Assembly (NCBI GenBank): GCA_963674865.2
Contig: CAXXYE010000009.1
Span: 448,001-512,000, forward strand
Origin: Candidatus Hydrogenedentota bacterium
Lineage (GTDB): Bacteria > Hydrogenedentota > Hydrogenedentia > Hydrogenedentales > SLHB01
Direction of reading: 5' to 3'
Length of the DNA: 64,000 nucleotides
Shown here: in pieces, positions 39,950-50,363 of the stretch
Position numbering within the stretch: position 1 is the first letter of the stretch
Layout of the letters: each line of letters begins with the position of its first letter
Program-made: the position numbers and the translations under genes
Notes under the pieces: model-generated
The model's database searches: none
The model's input: only the letters and a program-made list of their open reading frames with translations
Told to the model about the DNA's origin: nothing

Positions 39950-41020
39950 TCAGAAGCGCATGCGAAACCGCTGCGGCTTGCGGCGCCGGTAAGGCGGGTG
40001 GGACCCGTCGGCCGCGTTGGATGCCACCGGCTCCTCGGCGTCACTGTCAGCCAAGTCCAGGTTGGACTCTTCTTCGGGTGGGCGCCGCAGGGGCGCGGGA
40101 AGAATGCCGGAGGTCTCCAGGGGAGTAGGCGCCGGCCGGCGTTCCTTTTTCTTCCTATTGGGGACGAGGCTGTATCCAATGATGTCTCCCAAGTCCAGGA
40201 AGAAGGCGACCACCAGGAAGAAGACCTCCTTGAAGCCTACGGTTTGGAGGTCGAATAGCTTCGCAAATACGGCGAACAGCGGCGCTTCGAGGCGGACAGC
40301 CGGCGGCACGGGAACGCCTGCCACGGCGCCCGTGTCTTTCACGGCCACGCGTAACTCATCCTGAAGTTGCTCGATCTCGTCGAGCGATGTGGGGAATCGC
40401 GTTGCCAGCAGCATGTCGGCCTGCTGTTTCGCTTCATGGGCCTTGTCGAGCGATTCAAGGTCGATGCCAATGGTCTTGGCCAACAGCGTGAGGCGGTAGT
40501 CTTCCTGCTTGGCGATAGGCCCATATCCCGCGGGCGCCTCGCGCAGTCCGCGCACCTCCGCTTCGAGTTCGCCCTCCTGGAGCGCCAGATCCTTGCGCAA
40601 GGCCACTCTCTTCTCGTTGAGAGCGGTCTGGACCTGAGCGAGGTAGTCGGCATAGGTCTGCTTCATGCGCGCGCTCGAGAAGCGGATGAAAAAGTCGCGA
40701 TCCGCCGTGCGATAGAGCACGTCCAGGTTGAAAGAGATCGAGATGAAGGCAACCACCGTCAGGCCGAGCGTGCCGAGGATTCCGAGCCGCTTTTCGCCGT
40801 CAATAATGGCCAGTTTGAGGGCGAAGAGCATCATGCCGATGGCAACGGACATGGCGAGGGCGAACACCGAGCACTCCCAAACGGCGCCGTTCGGCAGGGG
40901 GATGCCGACGGTCGGGGCAGGCAGTACGGAGTCGTGAAGGCTCACATAGGTTGTCCACATCGACACCACCGTCAGCCCGACCATAGCGAGGAAGATGAGG
41001 ACTTGGACCGTCGTTTTCAT
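39950..41020 (-). CDS. Membrane protein, TM-coiled coil-TM (DUF4407-like)
   Basis: Three N-terminal TMs, a coiled coil with EVRG..PAGYGP, a further TM and a disordered tail. Confidence 0.6.
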   Translation of the reverse strand: MKTTVQVLIFLAMVGLTVVSMWTTYVSLHDSVLPAPTVGIPLPNGAVWECSVFALAMSVAIGMMLFALKLAIIDGEKRLGILGTLGLTVVAFISISFNLDVLYRTADRDFFIRFSSARMKQTYADYLAQVQTALNEKRVALRKDLALQEGELEAEVRGLREAPAGYGPIAKQEDYRLTLLAKTIGIDLESLDKAHEAKQQADMLLATRFPTSLDEIEQLQDELRVAVKDTGAVAGVPVPPAVRLEAPLFAVFAKLFDLQTVGFKEVFFLVVAFFLDLGDIIGYSLVPNRKKKERRPAPTPLETSGILPAPLRRPPEEESNLDLADSDAEEPVASNAADGSHPPYRRRKPQRFRMRF

Positions 41021-41202
41021 GTGCGAACTCCCCAGAACGTACACTTCTCCTTGCATAAGTTATACACGGTGGAGTGGAGAAGTTCCTAATAGGCCGTCCG
41101 GTACACGAATACCATCAGCCGCGCCAGCCCGCTTATATTGTGCCTCTTGCGGCAGTTTCGCGATCTTGGGCGCTATATATTGTGTTGCGAAGCGGCCGGC
41201 AC

Positions 41203-43842
41203 TTATTCTTCGGTTTGCCCGGATTTCATCAGCCAGACTTCCGAGCAGACGGTGCCCCAGCCGCCCGAATTGCGCCATTGCTCGACTGTCGTCCGGTCGC
41301 CCCGGGCCACGTCGGCGCCGCGCTCAAAGCGTATTACCAGATCGCCGTCTCGGGTCGCTTCCCGGGGAATATCGAAGGTGAAGAACTCGCTCATCTGGAG
41401 AGGGACTTCGAGTTCCTTCGCCAGCACGAAGTTGTCCGCGTAGATCGTTTCAGACTTCTGGTTCATCCGGAATGCGTAGCGCTCCTCGTACCAAGGTCGA
41501 ACGAGGGTGAAGCGGATGCGGTAGGCAGCATCGGGGTCCAGCTCGGGATAGTGGAGCGCAATGCCCTGGTCCTCATCCTGCGTGAAGTGCATTGAGCGTT
41601 GGCTGGGTGTGTTCGCCTCAGACAGCATCGGTGCGACGTAGGGCTGGCCATGGTCGTAGGGATAACCGAAGACTACGTTCGGCGCCACGTTGTACGTGCC
41701 CAGGTTGTCGTAGAAGCCGCCCTCGCCCGGGTCCTCGTAGGCCACGATCATCCGCAGCAACGCGGCTTTCTCTTCGCTGTCGGCGGCCCTGGCACGCTCC
41801 AATTGACGCTTTGTCCAGCCCAGGCCGATGAAGTCGTGGTCGAGAGTGAAATAGCCGTCATTGCGCACACCGAACAAGGCATTGCTCTCGTCGCCAAGAC
41901 GGCCGGCCTCCTCACGTAGGCTCTGCAATTCCTCCGTCTCCTCGAGCGCGTCAAGCCAAGGCAGCATCGTGTCAATTGCCTTGTCCATATCGCCCCGCTT
42001 AAGAGCTTTTCTGACATGCTTTTCGACGCGTTCCTTGATCTCCAGTTGCTGGCGAACACGTTCCTTGATGTATTTGTCCAGTGCGCCCTTCTGCATGTAT
42101 TGCAGCCACAGCCACCTGTCGTTCACGCGAATCGCCGGGATCTTCTTGCCCGCTTCCTTTACGAGCTGGTAATACCTGTCGATGCCTTCCTTCTCGGCGA
42201 TGGGCTTTCCAGGGATCTCTTGGAGATTCTCCTCGAGTTGGAGGACAGCTTCGGCCATGAGTGGGGCCGCGTCGGGGCCGAACCATGTCCGGCAATACTC
42301 ATCCACCACTTTCTCAACGCTCGTTCGCGGCGACCAGAGCAAGCGTTGCCACATCCACTGGTTGAAATGATCGTGGTGGCCGCTCGAATGGGTGATGTCG
42401 CCCACGCCGTACCGCATCAAGTCGTTGAACACCCGGTGGTAATAGCGCGGGCTGGCGTAGAAGGTCCGCCGGTCGTAAACCATGGTGAGTGCCTGGTCGG
42501 GCCGACGTTCATAGATTTCGTGGCTCCAGTGCGGCGGCAGGTCGCCGTTGCGGTCGGCGCGAGGATACATCTGAATGAGGGCGTGCTGCGCGTAGCGCCA
42601 GTGCGTGATCTCGTTGAAATACACGAGCACCTGTTGGGGCGGCAACTCGTGCAGGATTTCCTCGGGGTAGAGCCCGTACGGCCCGAAGCCGGGATAGCGG
42701 AAGAGGTCCATGCGATGCGTCTGGCGATGGCCGGGCTGCCACGTCGTGGCGTCCGAGCCCGGCCCGTATCCCCAGGCCCATAGCCAGTCGCGCGGCTTCT
42801 CCTGCAGATAGGCGAAGATCGCTTTGTCGTCGGCGTTGTCGAATTTCTGATTCGTGATGTAGATACGCGTTTCCGGATGATGCTTGTGTATAGCGGCCGC
42901 CATCTCCTCGGCGAAGCGGATGAATGTTCCGCCATAAGGCTCGCACCGGTCGCATTCGCAGCCGCCGCCGTCTCCGCCCTGAAACTTCACGAAGTCGAAG
43001 GCCGGGCCCTTCCCAAAGGTGGTCTCACACTTGTCGATCATAAAGGCCCGTGCCTCGGGAAGCGATGGGCACAGGTAATTCTCACGCCCGATGGATTCGG
43101 CCGCCTCCCACTCGGGGTGGTCGTCATCCTGCCCTGAGTTCGCTTTGAAGCCGCCTTGGGTCATCAGTCCATACGACTTGATGAAGTCGAACATGGGGCC
43201 GGCCTCCGTGGTAAACACGTTCGCCCCCGCCAAGGCATAGTCGAGGATGACGCGCTGCGTCTCCGCGTCGGTCCACTCGCGCACTTTCGACTTTTCCTTG
43301 GCCACGCGGCTCTGGCCGTATTGGGTGCCGCGGACTTCGAAGGCGGGGGCCGTGCGCACGTCGAGTACATCCGGCACCTCGACGCTGCGCTCTGTAATGA
43401 CCACCCGCCGCAGGAGCTCGCCCACCGCGTACAGGCACCCGCGCTCATCGACACCCGCCGCCAGAAGAAGCGGCCGGCCGCCGCGGTCCAGTATCCTGAG
43501 CACAAAACCTTCCGGGCCCGGGGCGAGGTCTGTTAGCGGCGCAATGCAATACTCATCAAACAAGGCACGTATGCTGTCGTGATGTGCCGGCACTCCGAGG
43601 AGAACAAGGAGCTCGTCCTCGCTGGCGGGGGCGAGCCCGGCCTCATGCTCGACACGCGTCGGCAGGCCGCTGGGTTCCGCGAGCCTGTCGGCCAACAACT
43701 GCGCCACTCGCTCCTCTACGGCCTGCGCCCGCCCGCCAACACGGATCGCCACTCCGGCAAACTCTCCGCCGGCCGCGGGCAGGCTCAAGAGCGCTGCAAT
43801 GCACGCCAGAGGCAAGCACGCTGTAGTCAAGAAGTGCCTCAT
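41203..43842 (-). CDS. 879-aa secreted protein with GH20/GH67-like N-terminal domain and CxCxxC barrel-like core (putative glycosidase), copy A
   Basis: Signal peptide, GPEGF...AAGVDERGCLYAVGELLR...PAFEVRG, GGDGGGCECDRC. Paralogue of the next gene. Confidence 0.7.
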   Translation of the reverse strand: MRHFLTTACLPLACIAALLSLPAAGGEFAGVAIRVGGRAQAVEERVAQLLADRLAEPSGLPTRVEHEAGLAPASEDELLVLLGVPAHHDSIRALFDEYCIAPLTDLAPGPEGFVLRILDRGGRPLLLAAGVDERGCLYAVGELLRRVVITERSVEVPDVLDVRTAPAFEVRGTQYGQSRVAKEKSKVREWTDAETQRVILDYALAGANVFTTEAGPMFDFIKSYGLMTQGGFKANSGQDDDHPEWEAAESIGRENYLCPSLPEARAFMIDKCETTFGKGPAFDFVKFQGGDGGGCECDRCEPYGGTFIRFAEEMAAAIHKHHPETRIYITNQKFDNADDKAIFAYLQEKPRDWLWAWGYGPGSDATTWQPGHRQTHRMDLFRYPGFGPYGLYPEEILHELPPQQVLVYFNEITHWRYAQHALIQMYPRADRNGDLPPHWSHEIYERRPDQALTMVYDRRTFYASPRYYHRVFNDLMRYGVGDITHSSGHHDHFNQWMWQRLLWSPRTSVEKVVDEYCRTWFGPDAAPLMAEAVLQLEENLQEIPGKPIAEKEGIDRYYQLVKEAGKKIPAIRVNDRWLWLQYMQKGALDKYIKERVRQQLEIKERVEKHVRKALKRGDMDKAIDTMLPWLDALEETEELQSLREEAGRLGDESNALFGVRNDGYFTLDHDFIGLGWTKRQLERARAADSEEKAALLRMIVAYEDPGEGGFYDNLGTYNVAPNVVFGYPYDHGQPYVAPMLSEANTPSQRSMHFTQDEDQGIALHYPELDPDAAYRIRFTLVRPWYEERYAFRMNQKSETIYADNFVLAKELEVPLQMSEFFTFDIPREATRDGDLVIRFERGADVARGDRTTVEQWRNSGGWGTVCSEVWLMKSGQTEE

Positions 43843-43979
43843 TCCGAATTCCTCTTAATTGAAGTGGTGCCAAAGAGTCTGGGACGACCCATCGTATCGC
43901 TCCAACGCGAGAAGCGTGTGTGTGAAGGCCGCCTGATAGCCGTCTCATACCTTTGTTTCCGGTCGATAGGACGCATCGC

Positions 43980-46619
43980 TCAGTCGCCGCCGGCCGGCTC
44001 CTTCATTAGCCAGACCTCCGAGCAGATCGTTCCCCAGCCGCCCGAGTTGCGCCACTGCTCGACGGTGACGCGGTCGCCGCGGGCCACGTCGGCGCCTCGC
44101 TCAAAGCGTATTACGAGGTCGCCGTCTCGTGTTGCCTCGCGGGGAACATCGAAGGTGAAGAAATCGCTCATTTGGAGAGGAACCGCGAGTTCCTTGGCCA
44201 GCACGAGGTCATCCGCGTAGATTGTCTCGGACTTCTGATTCATCCGAAACGAGTAACGGTCCTGATACCAAGGCCGGACGAGGGTGAAGCGAATACGGTA
44301 GTCCGCATCAGGGTCCAGGTTGCGGTAGCGCAGCGTCACGCCCTGCTCTTCGTCTTGTGTGAAGTGCATTGAGCGCTGGCTCGGCGTGTTGGCCTCCGAC
44401 AACATCGGCCTTACGTAAGGCTGGCCGTGATCATAAGGGTAGCCGAAGACCGCATGCGGCGCTATGTTGCATGTTCCCAGGTTGTCATAGAATCCGCCTT
44501 CGCCCGGGTCTTCGTAGTCGACGATCATGCGCAGTAAGGCGGTCTTCTCCTCGCCGGAAGCGGCTTTGGCTCGCTTTAACTGGCGCTTCATCCACCCCAA
44601 TCCGATGAAGTCGTGGTCGAGGGAGAAATAGCCGTCATTTCGAACGCCAAACAGGGCGTTGCTTTCATCTCCGAGCCGGCCCGCCTCTTCCCTCAGCCTC
44701 CGCATCTCTTCAGTCTCATCGATTGCATCGAACCAGGGCAGCACGGCCATGATGGTTCTGTCCAGGTCGCCCCGCCGCAGGGCCAGATTGATGCGCTTCT
44801 CTACGCGGCGCTTGACTTCCAGCTGCCGGCGAACGCTTTCCCGGATGTACTTGTCCAGGGCCGCCTTCTGCATGTATTGACGCCATAGCCAGTTGCTCTT
44901 CATGTGAATCGCCGGGATCTTCTTGCCCGCTTCCTTTACGAGCCGGTAGCACCGGTCGATACCTTCCTTCTCGGCGATAGGTTTCCCGGGGATTTCTTCG
45001 AGGTTCTCCTCGAGTTGGAGAATGGCCTCGGCCATGAGCGGTACCGCCTCCGGCCCAAACCACGTCCGGCAATACTCATCCACCACTTCCTCAACGCTCA
45101 TTCGCGGCGCCCAGAGGAGGCGTTGCCACATCCACTGATTGAAATGGTCCTGGTGGCCACTCGAGTGCGTGATGTCGCCCACGCCGTAGCGCATTAGGTC
45201 GTGGAAGACCCGGTGGTAGTACCTCGGCCAAGCGTAGAAGGTTAGCCGGTCGTACACCATGGTGAGCGCCTGGTCGGGCCGCCGCTCGTAGATATCGTGG
45301 CTCCAGTGCGGCGGCAGGTCGCCGTTTCGGTCGGCCCGGGGATACATCTGGATATAGGCGTGCTGGGCGTACCGCCAGTGCGTGATTTCATTGTAGTAGA
45401 CGAGCACCTGCTGCGGCGGTAACTGATGGAGGATCTCCTCGGGATAGAGCCCGTATGGCCCGAAGCCGGGATAGCGGAACAGGTCCATGCGGTGGGTCTG
45501 GCGATGGCCGGGCTGCCAGGTTGTGGCGTCCGAGCCCGGCCCGTATCCCCAAGCCCATAGCCAGTCCCGAGGTTTCTCCTGGAGGTAAGCGAAGATCGCG
45601 TTGTCGTCGTCGTTGTCGAATTTCTGGTTCGTGAAGTATATCCGCGTCTCCGGATGATACTTGTGAATGATTCCGGCCATTTCCTCGACAAGGCGAATAA
45701 ACGTCAATCCGTACGGGTCGCACCGATCGCACTCGCAGCCGCCGCCGTCACCTCCGTGGAACTTGACGAAATCGAAGCTCGGGCCCTTCTTGAATTCGTC
45801 CTCGCACTTCTTGAGCATGAAAGCTCGGGCCTCGGGAACCGAAAGGCATACATAGCCGAGCCGGCCAATGGACTCGGCCCCATTCCACTCAGGGTGGTTG
45901 TCATCCCAGCCCGTGTTAGCGCCGAAGCCTCCTTGCGTCATCAATCCGTATGACTTGATGAAGTCGAACACCGAGCCAGCGCCCGTGCTGAACACGTTCG
46001 CGCCGGCCAGGGCGTCATCGAGGATGGCCCGTTGCGTTTCTTCATCGGTCCAGTCGCGCACCTTCGCCTTATTCTTCGCTACGCCGCTCTGTCCGTACTG
46101 GGTCCCGCGGATCTCAAACGCCGGAGCCGTACGCACTTCCAGTACGTCGGGCACCTCGACGGTGTGTTCTTTGATGACCGCCTGACGCAGGATCTCGCCT
46201 ACGGCGTAAAGGCATCCGCGCTGGTCCACGCCCGCCGCCAGGAGCAGTGGCCGGCCTTTGCAGGTGAGCGTTTTCAGCAGAAATCCCTCCGGCCCGGGGG
46301 CCAGGTGGGTGAGCGGCGGAATGCGGTGTTTGTCGAAGAGGGCGCTTATCCCGTCGTGATTGGCCGGCACGCCCAGGAGCACGACAAGCTCTCCCTTGCG
46401 AGGAGGCTTGATCTTGGACTCGTTTTCGACGTGCGTGGGCAGGCCGCTGGGTTCCGCAAGCCGGTCGGCCAGTAACTGCGCAACCTTCTCCTCGACGGGC
46501 TGCGCCCGTCTACCGATATGGATTGCGACGCCGTCGAACTCAGCCGCGCTAGCGTTCCCAGGAAACATCCCGGCCACAAGCGCTACACACGCACACAGTA
46601 TAACCAGGCCCGGCTTCAT
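43980..46619 (-). CDS. 879-aa secreted putative glycosidase, copy B (tandem paralogue)
   Basis: ATG at 46619 after AAGGAG gives 2640 nt, the same length as copy A, and it is colinear with it. Confidence 0.7.
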   Translation of the reverse strand: MKPGLVILCACVALVAGMFPGNASAAEFDGVAIHIGRRAQPVEEKVAQLLADRLAEPSGLPTHVENESKIKPPRKGELVVLLGVPANHDGISALFDKHRIPPLTHLAPGPEGFLLKTLTCKGRPLLLAAGVDQRGCLYAVGEILRQAVIKEHTVEVPDVLEVRTAPAFEIRGTQYGQSGVAKNKAKVRDWTDEETQRAILDDALAGANVFSTGAGSVFDFIKSYGLMTQGGFGANTGWDDNHPEWNGAESIGRLGYVCLSVPEARAFMLKKCEDEFKKGPSFDFVKFHGGDGGGCECDRCDPYGLTFIRLVEEMAGIIHKYHPETRIYFTNQKFDNDDDNAIFAYLQEKPRDWLWAWGYGPGSDATTWQPGHRQTHRMDLFRYPGFGPYGLYPEEILHQLPPQQVLVYYNEITHWRYAQHAYIQMYPRADRNGDLPPHWSHDIYERRPDQALTMVYDRLTFYAWPRYYHRVFHDLMRYGVGDITHSSGHQDHFNQWMWQRLLWAPRMSVEEVVDEYCRTWFGPEAVPLMAEAILQLEENLEEIPGKPIAEKEGIDRCYRLVKEAGKKIPAIHMKSNWLWRQYMQKAALDKYIRESVRRQLEVKRRVEKRINLALRRGDLDRTIMAVLPWFDAIDETEEMRRLREEAGRLGDESNALFGVRNDGYFSLDHDFIGLGWMKRQLKRAKAASGEEKTALLRMIVDYEDPGEGGFYDNLGTCNIAPHAVFGYPYDHGQPYVRPMLSEANTPSQRSMHFTQDEEQGVTLRYRNLDPDADYRIRFTLVRPWYQDRYSFRMNQKSETIYADDLVLAKELAVPLQMSDFFTFDVPREATRDGDLVIRFERGADVARGDRVTVEQWRNSGGWGTICSEVWLMKEPAGGD

Positions 46620-46845
46620 CCCAGACTCCTTCTGTGCCACTGGCAAGATCTGCGGATTTGGATTTCTCTCACTTGAACTCAACGCGCCTACCCTCGCACC
46701 GGAGCAGTATTGCCGAATGCCCATGGCCGCTTCAAACCCGCCGGGCCGTGGCCGCAACGTATGCTATAGTATTCGCCGGAGCATGGAGGCGTTCGGGCGG
46801 GCTTCATGTGACGAGCAATATCAAGATGCGGAAGGGCATAGTGCT

Positions 46846-47958
46846 ATGAGCGAGCGCAAGCTAGGGCTTGGCATTGTAGGATGCGGCGGCTTCGGCCTTT
46901 TTGCATTGCAGCACTTCACGCAAGTGCCGGGGGTGAGTGTCGTCGCCATGGCGGCCACGCACCGCGAGGCGGCCTATGCCGCGGCCCAACGCTTCGGCAT
47001 TCCGGAACCTATGGAACTCGAAGAGCTTCTCCGGCTTCCGGAGGTTGACCTCGTTTACATCGCTACGCCGCCATTTCTGCACTATTCCCAGGCCATGGCC
47101 GCTTTGCAGGCCGGTAAGCACGTCATTTGCGAGAAGCCCTTGGCGATGAATCTTGAGGAAGCCGACGAGATGATCGCCGCGGCATCCAGCGCCGGGCGCC
47201 TTCTGATCGCCAATCTGATGCAGCGATACAATCCCGTCTTCGACATCATCAAACGGCTTGTCGAATCGCGTGCCCTGGGCGAAATCTTGCACGGCTATTT
47301 CGAGAACTACGCCTGCGATGAGGGACTCCCCGCAGCGCATTGGTTTTGGGATCGCGAGAAGAGCGGGGGGATCTTCGTCGAGCACGGCGTTCACTTCTTC
47401 GATCTTTTCGCCGGCTGGCTTGGCCCCGGAAAGGTCGCATCGGCGCAGGTCAGTGTCCGGCCGGGCACGACTATTGAAGAGCAGGTGCAGTGCGCGGTCC
47501 GCTATCGGGATGACGTTATGGTGAATTTCTACCATGGGTTCACACAGGTGGGGCGAATGGATCGTCAAGAGATGCGACTTCTCTTCGAGCGAGGCGATGT
47601 CACCTTGTACGACTGGGTGCCGACGGCCGTCCGCGTGCGCGCTATCGTAGATGAGAAAGAAACACGCACTCTCTGTGATCTTTTCCCCGGTGCACGGCTT
47701 GACGTGTCGGAGAATTACTCCCCGAAAGACCGTGCCTGCCGGGGACGGCACAAGGAACTCGATGTTTACCAGAAGATCGAACTAACGTATGGCGTAGGCG
47801 AGCAGAAGATGTACCGCTACGGCGAGCTGCTACGCGGTGTGATGGCGGATCAATTTGCCTGGATACATGACCGCACTCACGAGCGTCGTATTACTGAAGT
47901 GAACGGCCGCGATTCCTTGGCCTTGGCGGTTGATGCGGATCGCATGGCGCACGACTGA
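46846..47958 (+). CDS. Gfo/Idh/MocA oxidoreductase (cytoplasmic)
   Basis: GIVGCGGFG, IATPP, HVICEKP, EHGVHFFD. Confidence 0.9.
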   Translation: MSERKLGLGIVGCGGFGLFALQHFTQVPGVSVVAMAATHREAAYAAAQRFGIPEPMELEELLRLPEVDLVYIATPPFLHYSQAMAALQAGKHVICEKPLAMNLEEADEMIAAASSAGRLLIANLMQRYNPVFDIIKRLVESRALGEILHGYFENYACDEGLPAAHWFWDREKSGGIFVEHGVHFFDLFAGWLGPGKVASAQVSVRPGTTIEEQVQCAVRYRDDVMVNFYHGFTQVGRMDRQEMRLLFERGDVTLYDWVPTAVRVRAIVDEKETRTLCDLFPGARLDVSENYSPKDRACRGRHKELDVYQKIELTYGVGEQKMYRYGELLRGVMADQFAWIHDRTHERRITEVNGRDSLALAVDADRMAHD

Positions 47959-48038
47959 CGCGGCGTTCCGTCCGGGAGGCGGGCAGTACCAAGCCCATCC
48001 CGGCACCGGCGTTCTTATCAGAGGATGAATTCAACAAC

Positions 48039-49094
48039 ATGCTGCAAAGGTTATCCAGTGCGTGTCTTCTCAGGCCTGAGGATGTGTCTCCCTCAGACGA
48101 CTTCCTCGAAGTCGTCGGAACGTTTAATCCGGGGGTCGTCCAAGTAGGCAATGATGTTGTGCTGCTGGTGCGCGTGGCTGAGCGGCCGCGCGAGAGGCGG
48201 GAGGGGCATACGCCCCTGCCGCGGTATGAATCCGGCGGCGAGTTGGCCATCGACTGGGTATGCAACGACGACATCGTCTCAGACGATCCCAGGGTAGTGC
48301 GCTCGAAAGCCACGGGATTGGCCCGGCTCACCTTCATTTCCCATCTCCTTGTTGTGCGCAGTTCCGCGGACGGCGCTATTGCCGCGAACGCGGGCCCCCG
48401 CCTCCTGCCACGGACGGAGTACGAGACGTTCGGCATCGAGGATCCTCGCATCACGCGTATCGGAGGCCGGTTTTACTTCACCTACGTGGCGGTGTCGTCT
48501 CACGGCGCGGCCACGGCCTTGGCCTCGACTTCAGACTTCAAGAGCTTCGAGCGCCACGGAATTGTCTTCCCCCCCGAGAACAAGGACGTCGTTCTATTTC
48601 CCGAGCGCATCGACGGGGACTATGTTGCTTTCCATCGGCCCAATCCCGCTACTCACTTCTCGGCGCCGGAAATGTGGCTGGCGCGCTCGGCCGATCTCAT
48701 CCACTGGAGTCGCCACGAGCCTTTCCACTGGGGGGCAGGAGCCTGGGAAACCGAACGCATTGGCGGCGGCGCGCCTCCGGTTAAGACGCCGGGAGGCTGG
48801 CTTGAGATTTATCACGGCACACGGAAGGCCCCCGACGAGCCCGGCGTTGGAGTGTACTCGGCGGGCGCCTTGCTCCTCGATCTTGAGGATCCACAGCGTG
48901 TGATCGCCCGATCCCATGAGCCGATCATAACGCCCGAGGCGGAATTCGAGCGAGAGGGTTTTGTGCCTGATGTTGTCTTCCCTACAGGCTTGGTGGTGCG
49001 CGACGAGAAGGCGATGATATATTACGGAGCCGCCGACGCCCACGTCGGTGTTGTCGAGTTTGCCTGGGAGTCGCTTCTGGCCGCGTTGGAATGA
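48039..49094 (+). CDS. Glycoside hydrolase family 130 (mannoside phosphorylase/glycosidase-like)
   Basis: FNPG, IEDPRIT, ENKDVVLFPE, GWLEIYHG, VVFPTG, YYGAAD. Confidence 0.85.
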   Translation: MLQRLSSACLLRPEDVSPSDDFLEVVGTFNPGVVQVGNDVVLLVRVAERPRERREGHTPLPRYESGGELAIDWVCNDDIVSDDPRVVRSKATGLARLTFISHLLVVRSSADGAIAANAGPRLLPRTEYETFGIEDPRITRIGGRFYFTYVAVSSHGAATALASTSDFKSFERHGIVFPPENKDVVLFPERIDGDYVAFHRPNPATHFSAPEMWLARSADLIHWSRHEPFHWGAGAWETERIGGGAPPVKTPGGWLEIYHGTRKAPDEPGVGVYSAGALLLDLEDPQRVIARSHEPIITPEAEFEREGFVPDVVFPTGLVVRDEKAMIYYGAADAHVGVVEFAWESLLAALE

Positions 49095-49126
49095 TGCGGG
49101 CCTCAACATCCGGAGTTGTCGAACCT

Positions 49127-50356
49127 ATGTCTATTCCCCAGAATGAGCGGAGCATCGTCCGCGACCTTGGCAAGCAGGTGGCCGAGATTGCCCAGTTGCC
49201 CGTCATGCGTGAGCGCCGGGCCATGTGGAAGCGCCACAACAGCCTGGAACGCGTCCGGCCGATGATCCTGGTGTTTCCTGAAGGCGCATGGCGCGAGATG
49301 TTGCCCGAAAGCGAACTCCAGTGCAGCCATCCGACGGCCCGTTCGGTGGAAGACTATCTGCGAGGGCGGATCGTTTATTTTAATCAACTTCATGATGACA
49401 CCGTCATTGAGGACGAATACGTTGTCCGTAAGGCGATCTCGTCCACGGGCTGGGGACTTGAGTTCAAGCAGATCGACAGCGGCGCCGCGCGTGGCGCCTG
49501 GGCCTTCGACCCGGTGGTTCATACGGCGGATGATCTGAAGAAGATCACCGCGCCTGAGGTGACTCACGATGAAGTCGAGACTCAACGGCGTCTGGACGAG
49601 GTCCAGGGCTTGATCGGGGACCTCTTGCGAGTGTCACTCAAGGGGATCGGGCACATTGGATTTCATCCGATGGCCATCTATTGCAGGCTCCGGGGGCTGG
49701 AACGGGTCATGTGGGATATGTGTGAGAATCCCGATATGCTCCACGAGGCCATGAGCCGTCTCGAAGAGGCCTACCGGGGGATGGTCCGTCAGTATGAGGA
49801 ACTGAACCTGCTAAGTCTCAACAACGACAACACCTACCACTCGTCCGGCGGCAACGGATACACGGACGAACTGCCCAAGGAGGGGTTCGACCCGGAGCGC
49901 GTCCGGCCGTGCGATATGTGGGCTTCGGCCGAGGCACAGGAATTGGCCCAGGTGGGGCCGGAAATGCACGAGGAGTTCTGTCTCCAATACGAGCGGCGGC
50001 TTCTCGAGCCGTTTGGGTTAAATGGGTACGGGTGCTGCGAGGATCTCGGCCAGAAGCTTGACTACGTCTTCCAGATCCCCAATATCCGCCGGATTTCGAT
50101 CTCTCCCTTCGCTAAGGTCGAACCTTGCGCCGAGAAACTCCAGGGAGACTACATCTTCTCGTGGAAGCCCCATCCCGCGCACCTGGTGGGCGCCTTCGAC
50201 CCGGAACACATCCGCCGCTATATTCAGCACGCGCTCGACGCCACGCGGGGCTGCGTCATCGAGATGGTTCTCAAGGACACGCACACCTGCGAAAATCAGC
50301 CTGAGCGTTTCACCATCTGGACGGATATCGCACGGGAACTCGCCGAAGCGTACTGA
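49127..50356 (+). CDS. Uroporphyrinogen decarboxylase/methyltransferase (URO-D-like) superfamily protein
   Basis: LRGLE..MWD..ENP..LH, VGPEMHEEF, YGCCE, SISP, SWKPHP. Confidence 0.65.
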   Translation: MSIPQNERSIVRDLGKQVAEIAQLPVMRERRAMWKRHNSLERVRPMILVFPEGAWREMLPESELQCSHPTARSVEDYLRGRIVYFNQLHDDTVIEDEYVVRKAISSTGWGLEFKQIDSGAARGAWAFDPVVHTADDLKKITAPEVTHDEVETQRRLDEVQGLIGDLLRVSLKGIGHIGFHPMAIYCRLRGLERVMWDMCENPDMLHEAMSRLEEAYRGMVRQYEELNLLSLNNDNTYHSSGGNGYTDELPKEGFDPERVRPCDMWASAEAQELAQVGPEMHEEFCLQYERRLLEPFGLNGYGCCEDLGQKLDYVFQIPNIRRISISPFAKVEPCAEKLQGDYIFSWKPHPAHLVGAFDPEHIRRYIQHALDATRGCVIEMVLKDTHTCENQPERFTIWTDIARELAEAY

Positions 50357-50363
50357 TCCGGCC

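Noticed and set aside
41203..46619. Possible diversity-generating retroelement template/variable repeat pair
   Set aside because: Both copies are full-length genes, differences are largely synonymous rather than adenine-specific, and no reverse transcriptase is in the window.
7815..46769. Similar 16-mers GCAACGTATACGATAG (7815) and GCAACGTATGCTATAG (46754) in two divergent intergenic regions
   Set aside because: Only two short copies that overlap -10-like sequence; I cannot separate this from chance or generic promoter composition.
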